Numbered from the stretch's first letter, positions 37,983 to 48,226 are shown. The stretch: DNA of 64,000 nucleotides from Candidatus Thorarchaeota archaeon (GCA_004524445.1 SDNP01000012.1:1-64000), one strand, 5' to 3'. Translations and numbers: made by a program. Notes: generated from the letters alone by a model not told the origin.

Positions 37983-39695
37983 CTATATGCCCAGCTGCTT
38001 CTTCAGTTCCGCAAGTTCCAGAGTGTTAATGACCCTATTTGGCTCGATCCAACCACGACGGGCAAGAGTAACACCTAGTTCTATGAATCTCAGATGCTCT
38101 GTGCTGTGGGAGTCTGTTCCAATCGAGAACCTCAAATCATGATCTTTGGCATCAATTAGGTGAGAGTCAGGAAGATCCATTCTTGTAGGGAAGCAATTTA
38201 TTTCAAGGCAGACATCTTGATCCTCAGCTGCACTGTATATAGCAGGCAGGCCTAATTCATAGGGCTGTCTTTTGTTGAGGAGCCGACCAGTGAGATGCCC
38301 GATTATATCCACATGTTCATTATGAATGGCGGAAAGGATTCGTTCAGTAATTTGTTCTTGAGATTGTGACAACCCGGAGTGGATGGCTGCAACAACAACA
38401 TCCAACTCCTCAAGAGCATCATTGGCAAGGTCCAGTTTGCCGTCTGAATCTATGTTCACTTCCGCGCCAGGAAGAATAGTAAACTCTTCTAATTCCTCAT
38501 TCACTTTATCGATTTCTTTCTGTCGTTCTTGAAAATCATCTTCGTCCAACCCCGATGCAATTCCTAATCCTTGGGTATGATCACAAAGCGCAAGAAACTT
38601 CAGGCCAGATGCTTTCGCGGTGAGGGCCATCTCTTTCATAGAATGAACCCCTTCACTCCAGTCGCTATGTACATGAAGGTCTGATTTGAGATGCTCAAAA
38701 TTCAGAACCTCCGGAAGTCTCCCCTCCCCAGCTGCCTTTATTTCTCCTCGATTCTCTCTTAGCTCGGGAATAATATATTCCAGTTCCAATTTTCTGTATA
38801 TTTCATCCTCTGTCTTCGAAGCCAAGGTTTCTTCTGATTCTCTGTCCTCCAAGCCATATTCACTTAATTTCCAATTATGGTCTATGGCCCGCTTTCTCAA
38901 GGCAATATTATGGTCCTTAGAGCCGGTAAAATACAATAATGCCGCTCCGAAATTTTTCTCATCGATGACTAAGAGATCCACTTGCAGGTTATTCTTCAGC
39001 ACAACAGTGCTCTTTCTTTCGCCCTTGGATAGAACTCGCGCAACTTTCTCGCTGGATGTGAAAAAATCCATCACCTTAGAAGAATTGTCTGATATGACAA
39101 GAATATCAGCATCCCCAATAGTTGGTCTGCGCCTGCGTGTTGATCCAGCAATCTCAACGCGGCTAACATAATCCAGCTCGTCAAGTTGGGTCTTTATTTC
39201 TTCTACATCGGGCAGCATATATCCTAAGACAAATCGTTCGTGGCTCTCTCGATACATCGAGATATTTTCCAATATGTTCTGTTCAGTCTTCTCTCCAAAT
39301 CCCTCAAGTTCGCGAATTTTGTGATTCTGAGCTGCATGCTCTAACTCATCAACAGTTGTTATTTTCAGTTCTTGATACAGCTTCTCAGCCATTTTTGGAC
39401 CTATGCCTTCAACAGCCATGAGACTCCGCAATCCTTGGGGCATTTCTTCACGAAGGTTGTTGAGATACTCCAATTCACCCCGCTGGAGGTATTCAGCAAT
39501 TTTTTCAGCGATGCTCTCACCTACACCCGAAACCTCTTGCAGCTCTCCCTGGTGATATACCTCTTCAATTGGATCCGAAAGCGTTTCAATAGCGCCAGCG
39601 GCTCTTCTATAGGCTCTTGGCTTCCACTGAACTCCCTTGATTTCAAGATAGTCTGCGATTTCATAGAGTATGTCGGCTACTTCCTGGTTTTTCAC
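37983..39695 (-). CDS. polX: Family X DNA polymerase with PHP domain
   Basis: HhH GVGESIA, GSTRRR...GDADIL, QVDL, YFTGS..HN, PELREN; PHP DLHVHSDWS and TDSH. Confidence 0.95.
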   Translation of the reverse strand: MKNQEVADILYEIADYLEIKGVQWKPRAYRRAAGAIETLSDPIEEVYHQGELQEVSGVGESIAEKIAEYLQRGELEYLNNLREEMPQGLRSLMAVEGIGPKMAEKLYQELKITTVDELEHAAQNHKIRELEGFGEKTEQNILENISMYRESHERFVLGYMLPDVEEIKTQLDELDYVSRVEIAGSTRRRRPTIGDADILVISDNSSKVMDFFTSSEKVARVLSKGERKSTVVLKNNLQVDLLVIDEKNFGAALLYFTGSKDHNIALRKRAIDHNWKLSEYGLEDRESEETLASKTEDEIYRKLELEYIIPELRENRGEIKAAGEGRLPEVLNFEHLKSDLHVHSDWSEGVHSMKEMALTAKASGLKFLALCDHTQGLGIASGLDEDDFQERQKEIDKVNEELEEFTILPGAEVNIDSDGKLDLANDALEELDVVVAAIHSGLSQSQEQITERILSAIHNEHVDIIGHLTGRLLNKRQPYELGLPAIYSAAEDQDVCLEINCFPTRMDLPDSHLIDAKDHDLRFSIGTDSHSTEHLRFIELGVTLARRGWIEPNRVINTLELAELKKQLGI

Positions 39696-39699
39696 CAGC

Positions 39700-41457
39700 C
39701 TACGCCTCCTGGTTTTCGTACATGGTCACAATTTCTGATGTGGTTGTTGCATCTGTTGGACTCTTGTCAGGACGCCAATTTTGAAACCTGGGAAAGCGAA
39801 GAGAGAGCCCTCGATCTCCGTCCCCATCGCATGTGTGCACAGGACTCTTTGTTATTTCAGAGGATAGAATTTCTGCAACGTACTTGGGATAGAACCAGTA
39901 ATCGGGTTCAATATCCTTTGTCGCTGATATCCTAGCTGGTCGCGAATCGGTCTTAGCATCTTCCAGCTTGTCGGGTAGATTTTCTAGTACCTCATCAGTG
40001 AATCCACTACCAAGCTTGCATACTGTTTCAAAAACAGCCTCTTCTTTGTTGTAGGTCGCACACAATAACGATCCGTAAGTACCTGCACGGGCACCTTTAC
40101 CCGCATAAGCACCAATTATGACTAGGTCCAGAGTATCAGAAAGGTCAGAGGCATAACTTGGTTTCCATTTAATCCAGCTCCACTCTCTTGCACCAGCACG
40201 ATAGCGTGAATTATCTCCACAGGATTTACATACAACGCCCTCAAGTCCCCGATCTAGACATTCCTGGAAAAATTCGTCGATAGCTTCAAGCTTCGAACTA
40301 GTTACGCGCCCTGCAATCTTCATCTTGGCGGTTTCATTCACTGTTCTTTCAAGGTTGTTTCTTCTCTCAGGATAGAGCTTTGTCAGAAGTGATTTTCCAT
40401 TCTTATAGAGGATATCAAAGACAACGTATTGTACGGGGATTTTTTCCGCATACTCTTCAACATCATATTTCCGCCTTCTATTCATTATTCGTTGAAACGG
40501 ATAGTACTCTTCTTTTTCAAAGTCATAGGCAACAGCTTCCCCATCTAGAATAACAGATTCTGCAGAGGTGTGGTCTTGTACATATTGAACTATATCTGGA
40601 AACTGCCCTGTCACTTCATTGAGTCTTCTCGAGTATAATCGAGTCTTATCTCCGTCCTTATGGGCTTGGATCCGTTCACCATCATATTTCTCCTCTGCTG
40701 CAATAACCTCAGACCCTATCTTCTCCATAAGAGTTGTCAAACTGTCCACTCGCTGAGCTAACATGGGTCTAAGTGGACGATTGATGGCTACACGCATTCT
40801 CTTGATTCCGTCCAAACCGCTCTTTGCAAGCACTTCAGCAACGTGTCCAATGTCTGAAGATACGTTGTAAGCATGCTCCAAGGGTTCTCTCTTATCCTTT
40901 GAACCAAGAAAGGCTTCTGCTAGACCATCAAGTACGGTCATATCACCAGCCCCCAGCCGCATCGTACCCAATGCAAGCCGAACTATGTAACGACGCTCCA
41001 AATCATTGCTGGCCGCTAATAGACTAGCAAGGATACGCTTCTTTTCCTCTTGGGAACCAGATCCACTTGCGTTCGCGATGGCAATGAGTCCCTGGTGAAC
41101 TTCATCTACGGTCAGATTGGTACCGGTTTTGAGTTCATCTTGATACAGCTCGTGCCGCCTTCCATAGAAATAAGCAGCACCATCACCAAGGTCACCCAAC
41201 TCCTTCATCTTTGATTCGACTTCGCTCTCATCAACATTTGATGCCATTGCCACGCTGGCCTTGGTCATCTCTTCTCCCAATCCAACTTTGACATCCCTAT
41301 AGTCAGCCGCAATATCCCCAGTCAAGAAATAGGCAGCTATGTCGATTATTTCCTCGTCAATCTCAGTGAAAAGGTCGGACATAATGGAGATCATTTTGTT
41401 TCGAGATGAGGTTTCTTCTATCTTTTCGAAGTATTGGGCAAGAACCTCAAATTTCAA
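39700..41457 (-). CDS. lig: ATP-dependent DNA ligase
   Basis: PMLAQ, EEKYDGERIQAH, LDGE, FDILY, EGVVCK, WIKWK, GSGFTD, SLRFPRF. Confidence 0.96.
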   Translation of the reverse strand: MKFEVLAQYFEKIEETSSRNKMISIMSDLFTEIDEEIIDIAAYFLTGDIAADYRDVKVGLGEEMTKASVAMASNVDESEVESKMKELGDLGDGAAYFYGRRHELYQDELKTGTNLTVDEVHQGLIAIANASGSGSQEEKKRILASLLAASNDLERRYIVRLALGTMRLGAGDMTVLDGLAEAFLGSKDKREPLEHAYNVSSDIGHVAEVLAKSGLDGIKRMRVAINRPLRPMLAQRVDSLTTLMEKIGSEVIAAEEKYDGERIQAHKDGDKTRLYSRRLNEVTGQFPDIVQYVQDHTSAESVILDGEAVAYDFEKEEYYPFQRIMNRRRKYDVEEYAEKIPVQYVVFDILYKNGKSLLTKLYPERRNNLERTVNETAKMKIAGRVTSSKLEAIDEFFQECLDRGLEGVVCKSCGDNSRYRAGAREWSWIKWKPSYASDLSDTLDLVIIGAYAGKGARAGTYGSLLCATYNKEEAVFETVCKLGSGFTDEVLENLPDKLEDAKTDSRPARISATKDIEPDYWFYPKYVAEILSSEITKSPVHTCDGDGDRGLSLRFPRFQNWRPDKSPTDATTTSEIVTMYENQEA

Positions 41458-41553
41458 CCTTAATCCGTCATATTAAACATAGTTATGTGCGAAATAAGAG
41501 TTTGGAAGCATTCGTTTTAAAAAAGGAGCCATCCAAACTAAAACAGAAATAAA

Positions 41554-41577
41554 TGGAGGGGGCAAAATCCCCCACCA
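41554..41577 (-). terminator. Hairpin terminator of the 44902-41586 operon
   Basis: TGG-A-GGGGG-CAAAAT-CCCCC-A-CCA, followed by T-rich sequence on the minus strand. Confidence 0.5.
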
Positions 41578-41585
41578 CCGAAGCT

Positions 41586-42353
41586 TCAGGATAGTGTAGC
41601 CTGCACGCCACCCATAGTGGCAGTTGCTGATATGGTCAATGTCTGAGAAGCAGAGTTGTAGTCAGATGTTTCATAGATGTTTCCGTCAACCCCACTCCAA
41701 CCATTTGCAACAATATCTACTCCACCGATTGTAGTGCTAGCAGTGAATCGCCCCCCAACAGAATTAGGTAAAGCGACATTCATCTGAATCCCACCAGTAG
41801 TGGTTTCAGCAACGAAATGGACATCATCGCCATAGAGTATTGCATCATCGCTCAGAGTCAATTCTATGCCGCCAGTAGTTGCAGTTATGTCAACGTTACC
41901 AATATGGGCATACTCATTGATAGCCACCTGACACCCCCCAGAAGCGACGTTCAAATCCATAGTATAGTTTGATCCGCTGCCTAGTGTTACATTCACAGCT
42001 GCAGCTGGATAATCAAGCGTGATGAAACCAGATGCATAGTCCACTGTAGGCAAGCCGTATTGTTGTATTGTGTTATTAGGAACTTCCATATCAATTCTGT
42101 ACAGAAGTGCATTGTCTTCCACAAACATTACTCTAACAGCTCCAGCATCAATTGATATATTCACAGTTGTTAGTTCTGGCATTGTGGTGGGCTCACGTTC
42201 AAATGTGAATTCAGTGGTGTCCTGCCAGTTAGTACCAGTCCAATTCCAGTGAGCTGTACCAAACCATGCTAGAGCTCCGACTACAATTGCACCGATAACT
42301 ATGACAGCTATGATGCAAGCAACCATCGTGTTGTTTCGTTCGTAATTACTCAT
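41586..42353 (-). CDS. Membrane-anchored DUF4097/adhesin-like beta-repeat protein
   Basis: N-terminal TM; repeated TTGGI/ASGGC/TIGGV beta units; start moved to ATG42353. Confidence 0.7.
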   Translation of the reverse strand: MSNYERNNTMVACIIAVIVIGAIVVGALAWFGTAHWNWTGTNWQDTTEFTFEREPTTMPELTTVNISIDAGAVRVMFVEDNALLYRIDMEVPNNTIQQYGLPTVDYASGFITLDYPAAAVNVTLGSGSNYTMDLNVASGGCQVAINEYAHIGNVDITATTGGIELTLSDDAILYGDDVHFVAETTTGGIQMNVALPNSVGGRFTASTTIGGVDIVANGWSGVDGNIYETSDYNSASQTLTISATATMGGVQATLS

Positions 42354-42990
42354 TGTCGGTATTCTTCCTTTCAAATTTCTTGAGAAAATCATTCCATTGC
42401 TCTCGGTGTTTCCGATATATCGAATCTTTTTCCAACGCAAACTTCCGCATGATGCGTGATGCGTCATTTCTGACTGAGGGAGAGAGTTGCCGGTAGAGCT
42501 CTTCGTCACAGATAGGCAGATTAGAACTAACTTCATTCTCTATCTCTATCAATTGCCTCAGTAATTCCATTGCTTCTTGTTTCTGGGAATCGGCGATATC
42601 TATCCCATACACTCTCAGTGCAGAAACCGTTGATTGAAGCCGATCCTTCGCAAATTGAGCAACTCCCCCATTTGTTTGCATCATGCCGGATATTCCAAGG
42701 CGATACTCTCTAGCAGATGTGCGATAGAATCGCTGAGTGATGCCAGTGGGGGTTTGTTCTGTGCGCTCCTGGACCACCAGACCTGCTTTCTTCAGCTTAT
42801 CAATATGGTGCAGTATGGTCCCAGGATTCTTGTCTAGAGCATCAGCAAGCTGCTTCACCGTCATCGGAACATTTGATAAATACTTGAACACAATGGCGGC
42901 TCTAGTTGGTTCAAAGAGTATCTTGATCGTTTTTGGGTCAGAAATTACTTCTAAATCCGACATAGGTAGTACTTCTTCTTCGTCTGACAT
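42346..42990 (-). CDS. ArsR-like winged-helix transcriptional regulator
   Basis: EPTRAAIV...MTVKQLADAL.KNPGTILHHIDKLKKAGLV...RFY. Confidence 0.88.
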   Translation of the reverse strand: MSDEEEVLPMSDLEVISDPKTIKILFEPTRAAIVFKYLSNVPMTVKQLADALDKNPGTILHHIDKLKKAGLVVQERTEQTPTGITQRFYRTSAREYRLGISGMMQTNGGVAQFAKDRLQSTVSALRVYGIDIADSQKQEAMELLRQLIEIENEVSSNLPICDEELYRQLSPSVRNDASRIMRKFALEKDSIYRKHREQWNDFLKKFERKNTDNE

Positions 42991-42993
42991 CTT

Positions 42994-43944
42994 CTATACA
43001 TCCCCCACAAGTCGGATATCAGGTTGTGTTTCTTCATGCTGTGTGCCATTCACTCCACTTAGTATCATATACACGCGACTCAAAACGATTACAGCAGCAG
43101 GAAAATGGATGAAAATCAGAAACAGCACAACCGCCACACCATAGAGGCCGAGTATGCTAATTGCTATGACACCAATACTTGCGAAATATGGAGTAAGCAT
43201 CAATGGCAGAACCAGTAGAGTTGGAATTCCGATTAGAGATATCCAGACAGAAAACACCCTGTCGAAATACCGGGTACTCATCTTCAAAGAAACTCGTACT
43301 GCATCCAGAACTGAGTGTCCATCTATGATCGCTGGGAATACCATTGATAGAAGCCCCATGACCACTGTGAGGTATATCACACTACCTGCTGAGAACACAG
43401 TTATTGTTGCGTTTGTTGGAGTCATGAACACAATTGGTCCCGCAAAGACGAAAAGCAAGCCAACTGGTAGGATGGCTAATAGGAACATTATGATGCCGCC
43501 TCCAGCAAGCTCTAAGAATTTGCTCTTGTACCATGCAAAAACGCCCTGTGCGGTGGTTCCTTCACTCTCCACAATTTCTCTGCCCATTCCAAAAAGCGCC
43601 CCCACAGCTACTAGAACTGGAGCCGCAATTGGCAGAAGAATTAGCGCAAAGATTCCAAAGATGGCAGCACCGCTGATGCTTGAGAAGTCTGTTGCCAAGG
43701 TTGTGAATAGCAACACGAGGTCCTCAAAACCAATTGTCAAAATAAATAGTGGTACAATGATGACAAGCAGTACGACCATGAGAAGTACCGTAACGACAAG
43801 AACACCTAGCGTTCCAAGAATAAAAGATATGACGTTCTTGAAAGCAAACCGATAACTAATCTTCCAGTCTTGGAATAGGGTTCTAAGGCTTGATTGTTTT
43901 TCAGACATTTTGTTATCACCTAAGGGGGTAGTTTGAGTGTCCAC
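42994..43944 (-). CDS. Multi-pass membrane protein, paralog of 43985-44902
   Basis: About 6 TMs; GALFGMGREIVESEGTTAQGVFAWY; start may be ATG43908. Confidence 0.8.
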   Translation of the reverse strand: MDTQTTPLGDNKMSEKQSSLRTLFQDWKISYRFAFKNVISFILGTLGVLVVTVLLMVVLLVIIVPLFILTIGFEDLVLLFTTLATDFSSISGAAIFGIFALILLPIAAPVLVAVGALFGMGREIVESEGTTAQGVFAWYKSKFLELAGGGIIMFLLAILPVGLLFVFAGPIVFMTPTNATITVFSAGSVIYLTVVMGLLSMVFPAIIDGHSVLDAVRVSLKMSTRYFDRVFSVWISLIGIPTLLVLPLMLTPYFASIGVIAISILGLYGVAVVLFLIFIHFPAAVIVLSRVYMILSGVNGTQHEETQPDIRLVGDV

Positions 43945-43984
43945 AGAGTAATTACATCCGCAGACACTCGTTGTCGCTCATATA

Positions 43985-44902
43985 TCACATCATTGGTACT
44001 TCAGGTGCAGTTGGCTCGTAGACTTGCCCCCCAGTGATTTCATGATACACCTTCACAATTGAAATGACTGCCATGGGTAGGAAGAGGAGAAGAGTTAGAA
44101 GACCTGCAATAACAGCCCAAATCCCAATGAAGATTGCAGCTGGATTGAGTGCCATAGCGGGATTGGGACCAATCAGCAGACCGCCAATTATCACTGGAGA
44201 GTAGACAAGCACAAAGAATACAATCAGACCGCTTAATAATCCGAACACGCGCTCGAAGTTCTTTTTGGCCAGATTGAATGACTCTTTGAATGCATCTTGT
44301 ACATTCTGCCCGTTTACAACGCTGGGTATGACCATGAGGCAAAATCCCACCGTGATAAAGGTGTATATGAAGCTAAAGACTGAGAGTACTATTGAGGCGA
44401 CTCCAGTCACTTGGAAGTCCATCGCCCATGAAACCAGGCCGTACACAATGCCTTGGGGAACGAGTATGATTAGTGTAAGGATCACACCAGTTCCGGCGAA
44501 GGTAAGGAATTTGCGCCTAAACCATGAAAAAGCAGATTCAGCTTTGGTTTCGCCAGTTTCTACGACCTCTTTACTCATGCCAAAGATTGAGCCTACTACT
44601 ACAAGAGCTGCAGCAGCAAAGGGCAACATTATCAAGATACCAACACCACCGATGGCAAAGATTGCACCAGGATTGTGCGGCATAGTGTTAGCCATCCACT
44701 GTCCCCACTCAGTCCATACAACTGGCCCAGTGAGTAAGAACAAAGCGACAATGGGGATTGCAATAACCATCACAATCAGGACGAGTACTATTGCCATTCC
44801 TAAGTTAGCTAAGAAGTACGAGAGCATGTTGTTCTTGGCCATCCTTAGACTTGACTTCAAGTTCTCGTAGATTGTTCCGAAGGAGGTTGTTTGATTCGAC
44901 AT
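43985..44902 (-). CDS. Multi-pass membrane protein
   Basis: About 6 TMs; GSIFGMSKEVVETGETKAESAFSWF is shared with the neighbour. Confidence 0.8.
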   Translation of the reverse strand: MSNQTTSFGTIYENLKSSLRMAKNNMLSYFLANLGMAIVLVLIVMVIAIPIVALFLLTGPVVWTEWGQWMANTMPHNPGAIFAIGGVGILIMLPFAAAALVVVGSIFGMSKEVVETGETKAESAFSWFRRKFLTFAGTGVILTLIILVPQGIVYGLVSWAMDFQVTGVASIVLSVFSFIYTFITVGFCLMVIPSVVNGQNVQDAFKESFNLAKKNFERVFGLLSGLIVFFVLVYSPVIIGGLLIGPNPAMALNPAAIFIGIWAVIAGLLTLLLFLPMAVISIVKVYHEITGGQVYEPTAPEVPMM

Positions 44903-45035
44903 TAATTTTCCACCGTAATGTTTGTCAATCGTTATATCGTTTGACTTATACCAAAATAGGCTTCTTTATTTATAAGTATTTTGATGTTTGCCAAACATCG
45001 GGGCGTTTGGGAGAAGGAGAGTTAATCACCAAAAG

Positions 45036-45118
45036 CAGGGGGTGGTCAGCACAGCCAGTGGCGAGCTGAATTGGTTGTCGAGGGAGGTCGACAGACACAT
45101 GTCGAACTGACTATCCTG
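45036..45118 (+). ncRNA. Putative three-way-junction structured RNA
   Basis: P1 45039-49/45107-17, P2 45051-59/45070-78, P3 45088-93/45100-05; five G-U pairs favour the + strand. Confidence 0.4.
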
Positions 45119-45241
45119 ACCAATAGCATATTCATATCTAGGAAACATAAACTCGTAAAAAGTCGGCAACCTATACCACTCTAGCTGACATATTTAATAA
45201 GCTTAGACTCTACGAAGAAAAGCAATCGAGGGGACCAAGAT

Positions 45242-46852
45242 ATGGACGAAGAAGCGAATGAAAAGCAAGAAACCGAGTTCGACTCAGAGATGTACCTTGA
45301 GATTCTCAGAGAAAACCCACCAATGAAGCGATATGTATCGCGTGGAGATATTCCTGATTCGGTCGATATTGAGGGTCCTCATGAAGATGCAGACAGGGCC
45401 ATATTTAGGGCACTACGATTCGTAATGAGTGATGGAACTCCCAGATTCCAACCCGTACTGGGGTCCGCTGGACTTGGCAAGACGCACTTATTCTGGGCAT
45501 TGAAGGACAAGGAGAATGAATTTGGGCGAGGGTCATACTTGGCAGTATACGTTCCTTCGCCACCAGCCCCTGTTCGAGTACCCCTTCATTTTCATGCATG
45601 TTTAGTAGATGAGGCTGGGGAGGAGATCTTTGAGAGCGCTACTGATATGCTCATTACAAAAATGCGCGATGTCAAAGGAGAGCCGACTGAGATTTATGAC
45701 TACAACTTGGCACTAAATCGCCTATTAGTTGATTATCCAGGTATATCTGCAGATGTCGTCAAGGCACTTCTCAGATACAGATTGGATCCCGGAAACAAGG
45801 ATTTGGCCAGAAGATGGTTGCTCGGCGATGCACTTGATGAAGAGGAAATGGAAAGACTTGATGTACGAACTATCCTAGAGGATGATGACGTCACAATGGC
45901 CACCCTTAAGCTCCTGTTTGAGGGCTCAGATCAGCCGATTCTCTTGTTCATCGATGAGATGGAGGGTCCCTACAACACTCATGGAGAAGAGGGAGAACGT
46001 CATTTTTTGGAGATAATCAAGATGATCTACCATGAGGGCACAAATGTAGCCATTGTCACATCTTGTCTCACCGACATCTGGGACCGTATTTTTGAGATAG
46101 CAGATGAGCCCACGAAGACACGAATGGAGGAACCAGTACACCTCAGAAAATTTGAGAGAGAAGACATCGAACGATTCATCATTGAATCCATGACTAAGTA
46201 TTGGACTGAACAAAACATAGTGCCTCCTCCCAACCCAACCTATCCTCTTGGCAAGAAGCACATTGAAGAAGCATTTGAAATATCTAAAGGAAACCCGCGG
46301 GAAGCTCTCAGGCACTTGATCCCACTTATTGACTCCATACTCTTTGAAACAGAACCCGAACCCATTGAACCACAAGCAGATTATGTGATCAAACTAACGG
46401 CACCAGTAGTCATTAATTCGATAGCAGCTGGGCTTCAACAGATTGGAGAACAGGAAGATATACAGGTCAGCCTTATGGTTGCCAAGGGTGTCGCTGACCG
46501 GCAAGCCACAGCGATTCTTCGAGCCGAGAAGGGAGATACCGCAAAGCGAATAGCCATAGATGTGGCAAACGTGAAGGATTGGAATCGAAGCGGAGGAGTT
46601 GCGGCATATTACTCAGTAAAGCGGCTAAAAGAAATAATGGATAAAGATGAAGCGGACTTTGCCATAGTTGCTGTGCCAGAGGAAACGGGAGGCACAAAGT
46701 TCCAGGCAATAAGTGATGACTTGGATGAAAAACTGACAAGCCTCAAATTAACAGAAGAATCAGCTAGATCGCTGGTCAGGGGGACAACTGAGGAGAAGCT
46801 TGATGCTTTTCAATCACAGGTGTTCAAGGATATTCTCTCAAAGCTATTCTAA
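45242..46852 (+). CDS. P-loop AAA-type ATPase (BrxD/DUF2791-like) with C-terminal alpha/beta domain
   Basis: GSAGLGKT Walker A, LLFIDEME Walker B, ARRWLLGD, GNPRE. Confidence 0.75.
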   Translation: MDEEANEKQETEFDSEMYLEILRENPPMKRYVSRGDIPDSVDIEGPHEDADRAIFRALRFVMSDGTPRFQPVLGSAGLGKTHLFWALKDKENEFGRGSYLAVYVPSPPAPVRVPLHFHACLVDEAGEEIFESATDMLITKMRDVKGEPTEIYDYNLALNRLLVDYPGISADVVKALLRYRLDPGNKDLARRWLLGDALDEEEMERLDVRTILEDDDVTMATLKLLFEGSDQPILLFIDEMEGPYNTHGEEGERHFLEIIKMIYHEGTNVAIVTSCLTDIWDRIFEIADEPTKTRMEEPVHLRKFEREDIERFIIESMTKYWTEQNIVPPPNPTYPLGKKHIEEAFEISKGNPREALRHLIPLIDSILFETEPEPIEPQADYVIKLTAPVVINSIAAGLQQIGEQEDIQVSLMVAKGVADRQATAILRAEKGDTAKRIAIDVANVKDWNRSGGVAAYYSVKRLKEIMDKDEADFAIVAVPEETGGTKFQAISDDLDEKLTSLKLTEESARSLVRGTTEEKLDAFQSQVFKDILSKLF

Positions 46853-46868
46853 CTTCGCTCCCGCATGA

Positions 46869-47597
46869 CTAGGGACGACCGAGTCTTTCAATAAGTTCCT
46901 TATGCTCGCAGGATGGCATCATTTTCACAGCCTCTGCTATATTCTGACTGACATGCTTGGGAATATGAGTGTCCTGCCAAATGTGATGACGCTTGAACTC
47001 TGCAATTTCAAGATTCTCGCAAATTCCTCGAATAGTAGTGGTTAGGTCTGTCTGAATGCTTCTCATGGTTCGGGAGTTTATAAGAGGAAAAATAATGCTT
47101 GGAGCGGCGGGAATCAGAAACAATAGTGCAAACCCTAAAGATGTAGCCGGCATCCATTGCAGAAGAAAATCAATCGTGTCGACAGGCATGGAAAGAATAT
47201 TGTATACGTGCAAAAGGGCGGCAGTATACGATCCGATATACAAGAGGAGGGATACAAAAGATATGACCAGAAAGGGAAACCCCACCAGCAATAGATTGTC
47301 AATCATGTTTCTCTTTGAAACGTAGGGCAGGATAGCTCCTCCAATGAAACTCGTATCGTCATTCCCTTTCACCCTCTGGAATGGGAGAACACAATCATTC
47401 AATTTCAAAGAAAGAAAACTCCTGTCACTATGTTGTGTTATACTTTCATATCCCTTCTCAGAAAATCTCTCAAGGAGCAATTCAAGTGTAGGAAGAGGTT
47501 CACCCTGTATGAGGAAAAGAAACCCCTGGTCAGAGTCCATTGGTTTCAGGTACCACAACCTACACATGGTCCTCAAAATATTTCCGTACTCATCCAA
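46869..47597 (-). CDS. Hypothetical membrane protein (2 TM)
   Basis: 242-aa ORF with two hydrophobic segments. Confidence 0.6.
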   Translation of the reverse strand: MDEYGNILRTMCRLWYLKPMDSDQGFLFLIQGEPLPTLELLLERFSEKGYESITQHSDRSFLSLKLNDCVLPFQRVKGNDDTSFIGGAILPYVSKRNMIDNLLLVGFPFLVISFVSLLLYIGSYTAALLHVYNILSMPVDTIDFLLQWMPATSLGFALLFLIPAAPSIIFPLINSRTMRSIQTDLTTTIRGICENLEIAEFKRHHIWQDTHIPKHVSQNIAEAVKMMPSCEHKELIERLGRP

Positions 47598-47767
47598 CTT
47601 AAATTAACGGGGTATCTATCATATTAACTCGAGTTTGATTTCATTTATTATGCAACTTGTAATTTCGCAAGTATCAATCCCAAGGTTGATTGTTTCTTTC
47701 TGATAGTTCAAAGAAGATAATATTGAATGTATTTCGAAAAATAATCGTACAATTGATGGACAAATCA

Positions 47768-48226
47768 TTATTCGTCTTCAAGAATGATTTTTGCCGTGCC
47801 TTCGAAAACGGAAAGCTGGTCATCTGTGATTTTATTTCCACCTTCATCCACCACATACCAAGCAGATTTTGGGTCAATTTCATCAAATGGCCATTGCTCC
47901 TCCAAGACATTCCGTAAAATCTTGTCAGGTTCTGCCCTTAGGAAGTACTCGTCCCCGGTCGCGGGATTCTTCACCACTCGAGCAATTTTGCCATCTTGTT
48001 CCTTCGTTATGCTGGTGGATGAGCGTAGAATGTTTAGTTTGCCAGAAAAGTAACAGAAACTAAGAAAGAGGAGGATAGATGTAACAATAAGGAGTGAGGC
48101 AGATTGGGTTGGGGGAAGAGGAAGTATACCTGTTTCCCTAAACGCGCCCCAATAATAGAGAAGAATTATTGCAAAGGGAACTAGAAGGAATAATGCTGAA
48201 AGGATACCAATCTCTTTCTTCTTCAA
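47768..48226 (-). CDS. Small membrane protein (2 TM plus about 75-aa soluble domain)
   Basis: Two TMs then an acidic alpha/beta tail; GGGTG RBS-like site upstream. Confidence 0.65.
   Translation of the reverse strand: MKKKEIGILSALFLLVPFAIILLYYWGAFRETGILPLPPTQSASLLIVTSILLFLSFCYFSGKLNILRSSTSITKEQDGKIARVVKNPATGDEYFLRAEPDKILRNVLEEQWPFDEIDPKSAWYVVDEGGNKITDDQLSVFEGTAKIILEDE

Noticed and set aside
43154-44870. Long + strand ORFs (233 and 201 aa)
   Set aside because: Antisense shadows of the hydrophobic membrane-protein genes; same for the other short overlapping ORFs in the track
45036-45118. tRNA (including tRNA-Sec) or hammerhead ribozyme
   Set aside because: No T-loop or anticodon arm, and no CUGAnGA/GAAA core
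45242-46852. BREX defence locus
   Set aside because: No pglX, pglZ, brxC or helicase gene in the neighbourhood
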